In this document: one piece after another, positions 59,586 through 64,000 of the stretch
How the letters are laid out: every line of letters starts with the position of its first letter
Position numbering within the stretch: the stretch's first letter is position 1
NCBI GenBank assembly: GCA_013239625.1
Contig: MU054662.1
Coordinates: 13,009,798-13,073,797, forward strand
Length of the DNA: 64,000 nucleotides
Reading direction: 5' to 3'
Source of the DNA: Lama guanicoe
Lineage: Eukaryota
Translations under genes and position numbers: made by a program
Notes under the pieces: model-generated
The model's database searches: none
Seen by the model: the letters and a program-made list of their open reading frames with translations, nothing else
What the model was told of the DNA's origin: nothing

Positions 59586-61894
59586 ATCAGGGCGGATCTG
59601 AGCCTGACTCCTTGTTGTTGTTTTGGTCCCTTTGGCTCTTCTGACCTCCCCTAGTCCCTTCTGTCACCTTTTTATCCGTGTTCTCTTTAGCCTTATTTCA
59701 CTGTAATCTGAAGTTCTCACGTGACCACATGGCAGTCCTGAGCCCAGTCTGCTAGAAGCAGCCCCAACCAAGCCCTTTCACGGTTCTCACACCAGGGCAC
59801 TTCCAGGCTCCCGCCTGTCCCTCGGAAGGTCACAGTGTCACCTAGCCGGCTGCTCCAGGAAGCTCAGCTTCTTGGCTGCCAGGCAGTTAAGGCCTGTTTG
59901 ATTAGCTGTAAAACAAAATCCCGAAAATGCCAAGAGGCAAATCTCAATTCACCTTTCAGAGCCACAGACTCAGTTCCAAGGACGCACTCCGGCGTCCCCT
60001 CCGATCTCCGCGCCGCCCCCTGGCTGGAAGACAGCTCCGGGCCCCCGCCGCCCTCTGCTTGGCTGGGCCCCGGCAGGGGCCCCTCCATCCTGCGCAGCCG
60101 CCACTGCTTCCCAAGTCTGATGCCACCTCGTGACTTGTGTCCCAAGCTCACCTCCTCGGCCAATGAGCTGGTCTCCTGTTCTATGTCTCCACTTTGCTTC
60201 TTTTGAAAATACATCTTGCTCCCAAATCTGCTTCAAAAAATTATAAGAAAAGAAAATTAAAGAGGTAAAGAAACCAGACATACCCAGGGAAGCTGGGCGG
60301 ACGTGAAGTGAAGCACCCGCCTCCTTGGCGCTCTGCCTGGGCCGCGTTTGCGCACCACCGCGGGCCATCCTGGAAGGGAACGTGCACAAGGCAGGTCTCA
60401 GATAATCTCCTCCTTGCAGGATGCTCTCCTGCCATGAAACACTGTAGTTTCACCACGACGTTGTCTTCCCTGCCAAACGTCCTTTCGTGGTCTTTCCCAG
60501 GTCACAGCGTGGGGGCCCCCACGGGCAGCCCTTCATTTGGGGAAGAAGGCATAACTGCCCACAGCCATCATGACCACAGCAACAGAAATAGGTGGGGCCC
60601 CTCAGCCAGTGCTGCCTCTGGTCTGCTGGTGACCTCAGAGGCCAGCATGCAGAGAAGGCTGACCACAACGCAGGATGCCGTCCGTGGTCCAGGCCACTGC
60701 ATCCTTGCGCTCGCTTCCCTGGTGGCGTCAATCCGTTGCTTCCCACCTTTGAGTTACATCTCTCCAGAGGCTTGTCTGAATCTCTGTCCCTCTCTGCACA
60801 GTCATGGCTCACCAGATCGTCACCCCCCACCAGGTGGTCCTTAAATACGGACGCTTTCTGAGTCCAGCCTGACTCCCTCTGCGCGGGTTTGTCCCCTGGG
60901 CCTGTGCGGACAGGCGCCGTGTGATCTCAGACAAGCAGCCTGGAAGTGGTATAAACAGGCCTTTTGTGTCCAGATGAAGCCCTTCCAGAAGGTCGTCCGT
61001 GACTGCAGGAGAGGCCGAGATGAGCTCACCCGCCATGGCCTCTGAAGCCCGCAGCGCACCTGTGAGGCCCGCCGATTCCAGCCGAGGGAGACGGGCGTGC
61101 GTCCCGCAGACCCGTGCTGCCGCCGCCGGGGCCCCGGCTCCACAAACGGGGTGCGTGCGTTTGTCTGGCTGCCTTTCTGCGGAAGCATCCGTTACTCCCC
61201 TACGTTTCCTTTATTGCTGCAGCAAAGTATTTAAACACTACCCACTGAACCCCATCTGTCACCGGGCCCCGTGGCTGTCAGGGCCCTGCCTCCCCGGGTC
61301 TACGAAGAAACTCGCAGTGAAGGCTTCTGTGCCAAACAACAGGGCAAATTAAATCAAAGCGCATGCCGCACCCGGAGGATGTGCGTGTCAGCTCTGACTT
61401 ACTGCACGGAGCACGCTTAGGAGAGAGGAAGCAGCGGCTTTTGTCACCGTGAGGGGCCATGAAAAATGAATTAGGGCCTCTGCTGAGAGAGGGCACGCAG
61501 AGAATCTTTCATTCCGAGACGCTGTCCTCTCTCACCTTGCAAGGAAATAGTCAAAGACGGGGTGGCGGTGGTCTCAGTCTCTCCGAGCTTTGGCTGTGTC
61601 CTCAAGCACCGCAGGGGGCAGGGAGGGAGCAAGGAGCTGGGAGAAGGACTGTGCCGGCCGTGGGAGTGGCTGGGGTGGCCGGGGCTCCCAAGGGCAGGGA
61701 CATGGGCAGGTGCAGCTGAGAGTAGGAGGCACCCTGTGGCTGGGAGGGGCGCAGGGCACCGAGGGGACCCGGGGAGGCGCCGGAGCTGGTCCTCAGCCCG
61801 CAGATCAGCTCAGACTGCAGAGCCCTGGAGAACTGACCACGAGACCCCCAGCCCCTCAACGCGGCTCACTTCCTGGGCTGACTTTCTCACACGG

Positions 61895-62052
61895 GTTTCT
61901 CTTAATCTTCACAGTCCTCTGAGGCAGGAATGATTTTTTGCCCATTTTACAGATGAGGAACCTCCAAACGTGTAAAGCCTTTGCTGACAGCCATCTAGTT
62001 TGTGTGCAGCAGGGCCAGGATTCAAGTCTACGTCCGTCTGATTTCAAAGCCC
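61895..62052 (-). mobile_element. MIR
   Basis: 'ttaatcttcacag...cccattttacagatgaggaa...gccaggattcaagtc...gtctgatttcaaagcc'. Confidence 0.75.
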
Positions 62053-64000
62053 GTTGCCCCCCTTTGTAAAAGAACCTCTCCTCCCTCACCCGCTCCCCAG
62101 GAGACACCGCTCATCTGTCTTCCTGTAGCAAGGAAGGGGCCTTCGATGTCCTAGCAGACGCTTGCCCACCGTCCTGACGGAGCCGCGTTCATTGTGGATT
62201 TAGCTGCGGAGTCCGACGCACCAGACACGTTTGGCCTTGGCGGCAGCGCGGCACACGTGGACGGCTGCTCCGGCATGTCTAATCCAGCCCTTCCCAGGCA
62301 GAGATCCTGACTGTGGATGGCACTGCTCCATCCTCCAGGAGGGGAGGAGCCCACGGACCACCTCAGATTAGACCCCAGGCTACAGGAGTCGGCCTCCCGT
62401 GCCGGGGTTGTCGATGTGCGGTGGGGCAGCAGCTGGGCTGGCGGAGAGGTCGCGGGACGGGGGTTCTCACTGCTCCCACCTGGTCTCGGCTGCTGACCAT
62501 CTTCCGTCCTGTGCAGCGCCCCGTGGGTTAGCACACTGTGCGACGGGGCACTTCCCTCAAGTCTGGGCTCGGGCTTGGATACAGTCTGCGGGGCACGGGC
62601 TCAGATGGCCAGTGTGGTTTCTGATTTTCTTCTGAAGGGTTGCTCAGTGTTGCCAAATGTTTGGCCGGTTCTTGGACTGTTTGGCCATTTCAAACAGAAC
62701 GGCCCCCCTAAGTAGCATCTTAGTATTTTTCACACTTTCAGAACCGTGTAATATCCAGCTTTGTGCTACGCCAGCGTCTTTGGCTAACCTGGGCTCTGTC
62801 TGCGAATTCCGTAAGGGTTTGAGCTTTTTTACCTTTGGCTATCTCTCAAAGGTCCTTGGCCACAGCAGGAAAAGCAAACGACTCTCGACGTAGGTCCACA
62901 TTGTCCACAGACCGCTGATCTGAAACTTGTTCGTGTGTCCTGCCATCTCCATTCAGCACAAGCAAGCAGGGGCGCCGCCTGGCAGGAGAGGGTAATGCTA
63001 CGACTTTATCAAAAATCCATATGCACATGAATTACAGTGGACAAGTATGCATCTGTAAGACGGTGACAGTCACCCTTCATGCCTGTGACAAATTGAAGGC
63101 TTCGTTGGATTCAGTCAAAACAGTCCAATTCAGTACAAATTCAATGGTTCAGTTTGGAAACATTTTCTATGCTTATTCTACAAGTTTCCTCTTTGTAGAC
63201 ACTCCCTGTGGTGTGACTGAACTGCTGGAAATATTAACTGTCTCTTTGTACCACCATATGGATATTTAACATTGTTTGTTTATTTTTAAGAACATTCTAC
63301 AGTTTTACTTTGGAGAAAGGTGCCTTATTGTGTGGATGCCCTCATTAGAAGCTGGAGAGACTAGAAGATGAATAAAATGTAGCCGTAGACAACTTTCATG
63401 TGATCATCAGCTGCACCCAGAAGAAATTTCGGTGCAAATCTGTGTCCTCAGATTTGACCTGTCTGCAGTTTGCACAAGTAGATCATAAAAATATCTACAA
63501 AATGACTTTATTTACAATCTGGCCAAACTGACTCGTTTTGGCTGAAGATCTGCAGCAAAAGAGGGTCACCAGATGGGAAAGCCCTTCATCTCCAGAGCAG
63601 GCCTGAAGCACAGCCGAGTTTTGGGGGAGTTGGCAGCAGAACACGGGGAGCCTTCTGTTCAAATGTGCCCCAAGCCCAGCAGGTCAGCAGCCGCAGCCGC
63701 TCTCGTTTGGAGAGCGGTTCGTCGGAGCCTTGTCCTTTGCTCCTGAGCGCTGCTTGTGGACCTGTGCTCTCTGGGCGGGAGGGGCCCGGCCGCTTGCACG
63801 GGCGTGGGGCCGTGGGGTCTGAGGATCTGGGGTCCGTCACTGCCTCTTCACCTTTTAGCTGCATGGTCTCAGGTGTGTCTGGTAACTGGACGTGAAGCTG
63901 AGACGTCCCCTCCTGTCGTTTGTTGGCTGGTGCACTAAGCCGTCGTCACCTGAAGACAAAGGTGGGCTCCCCTTAGAGAGAGCTGTCCTTGAACCGGGGG

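Noticed and set aside
60828-60841. CTCF-like motif CCACCAGGTGGTCC (also weak matches near 17486 and 36951)
   Set aside because: Mismatches at core positions; such matches are frequent by chance in GC-rich sequence.
1-64000. Additional NTM exons, or a novel or foreign gene system
   Set aside because: No other IgLON-like peptide or non-mammalian coding segment was recognised in any frame, and long flanking introns are expected for NTM. Small exons hidden in the N gaps, or non-coding transcripts, cannot be excluded.

Overview
Mammalian genomic DNA, most likely camelid (a Vic-1-like tRNA-Ala SINE and artiodactyl-type L1 3' ends; no Alu, B1/B2, Bov-A, PRE-1 or SINEC recognised), from a draft assembly with four N gaps. 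The window lies inside the neurotrimin (NTM, IgLON family) gene on the + strand. The only supportable coding sequence is a 126-bp internal exon (20735-20860) encoding the first half of Ig domain 2. The rest is intron: old repeats (MIR, L2, MER5/MER20/MER58/MER81, Tigger1, MLT1/ERVL LTRs), younger L1 fragments, a processed U6 pseudogene, simple repeats and an intronic CpG island at ~10.7-11.5 kb. I found no convincing new gene, operon-like system or foreign insert, and the long ORFs in the track are GC-rich noise. The most interesting signals are evolutionary or mechanistic: (i) a strong AT-to-GC substitution bias (12 of 14 changes in the U6 copy), pointing to GC-biased gene conversion; (ii) a ~420-bp segment apparently copied from 39.0-39.5 kb into the middle of a MER5A at 29.7 kb, with a near-identical core suggesting later gene conversion; (iii) a twin-primed, 5'-inverted L1 with intact TSDs; (iv) several candidate enhancer motif clusters. 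Repeat family names and reference sequences are recalled from memory and were not searched.
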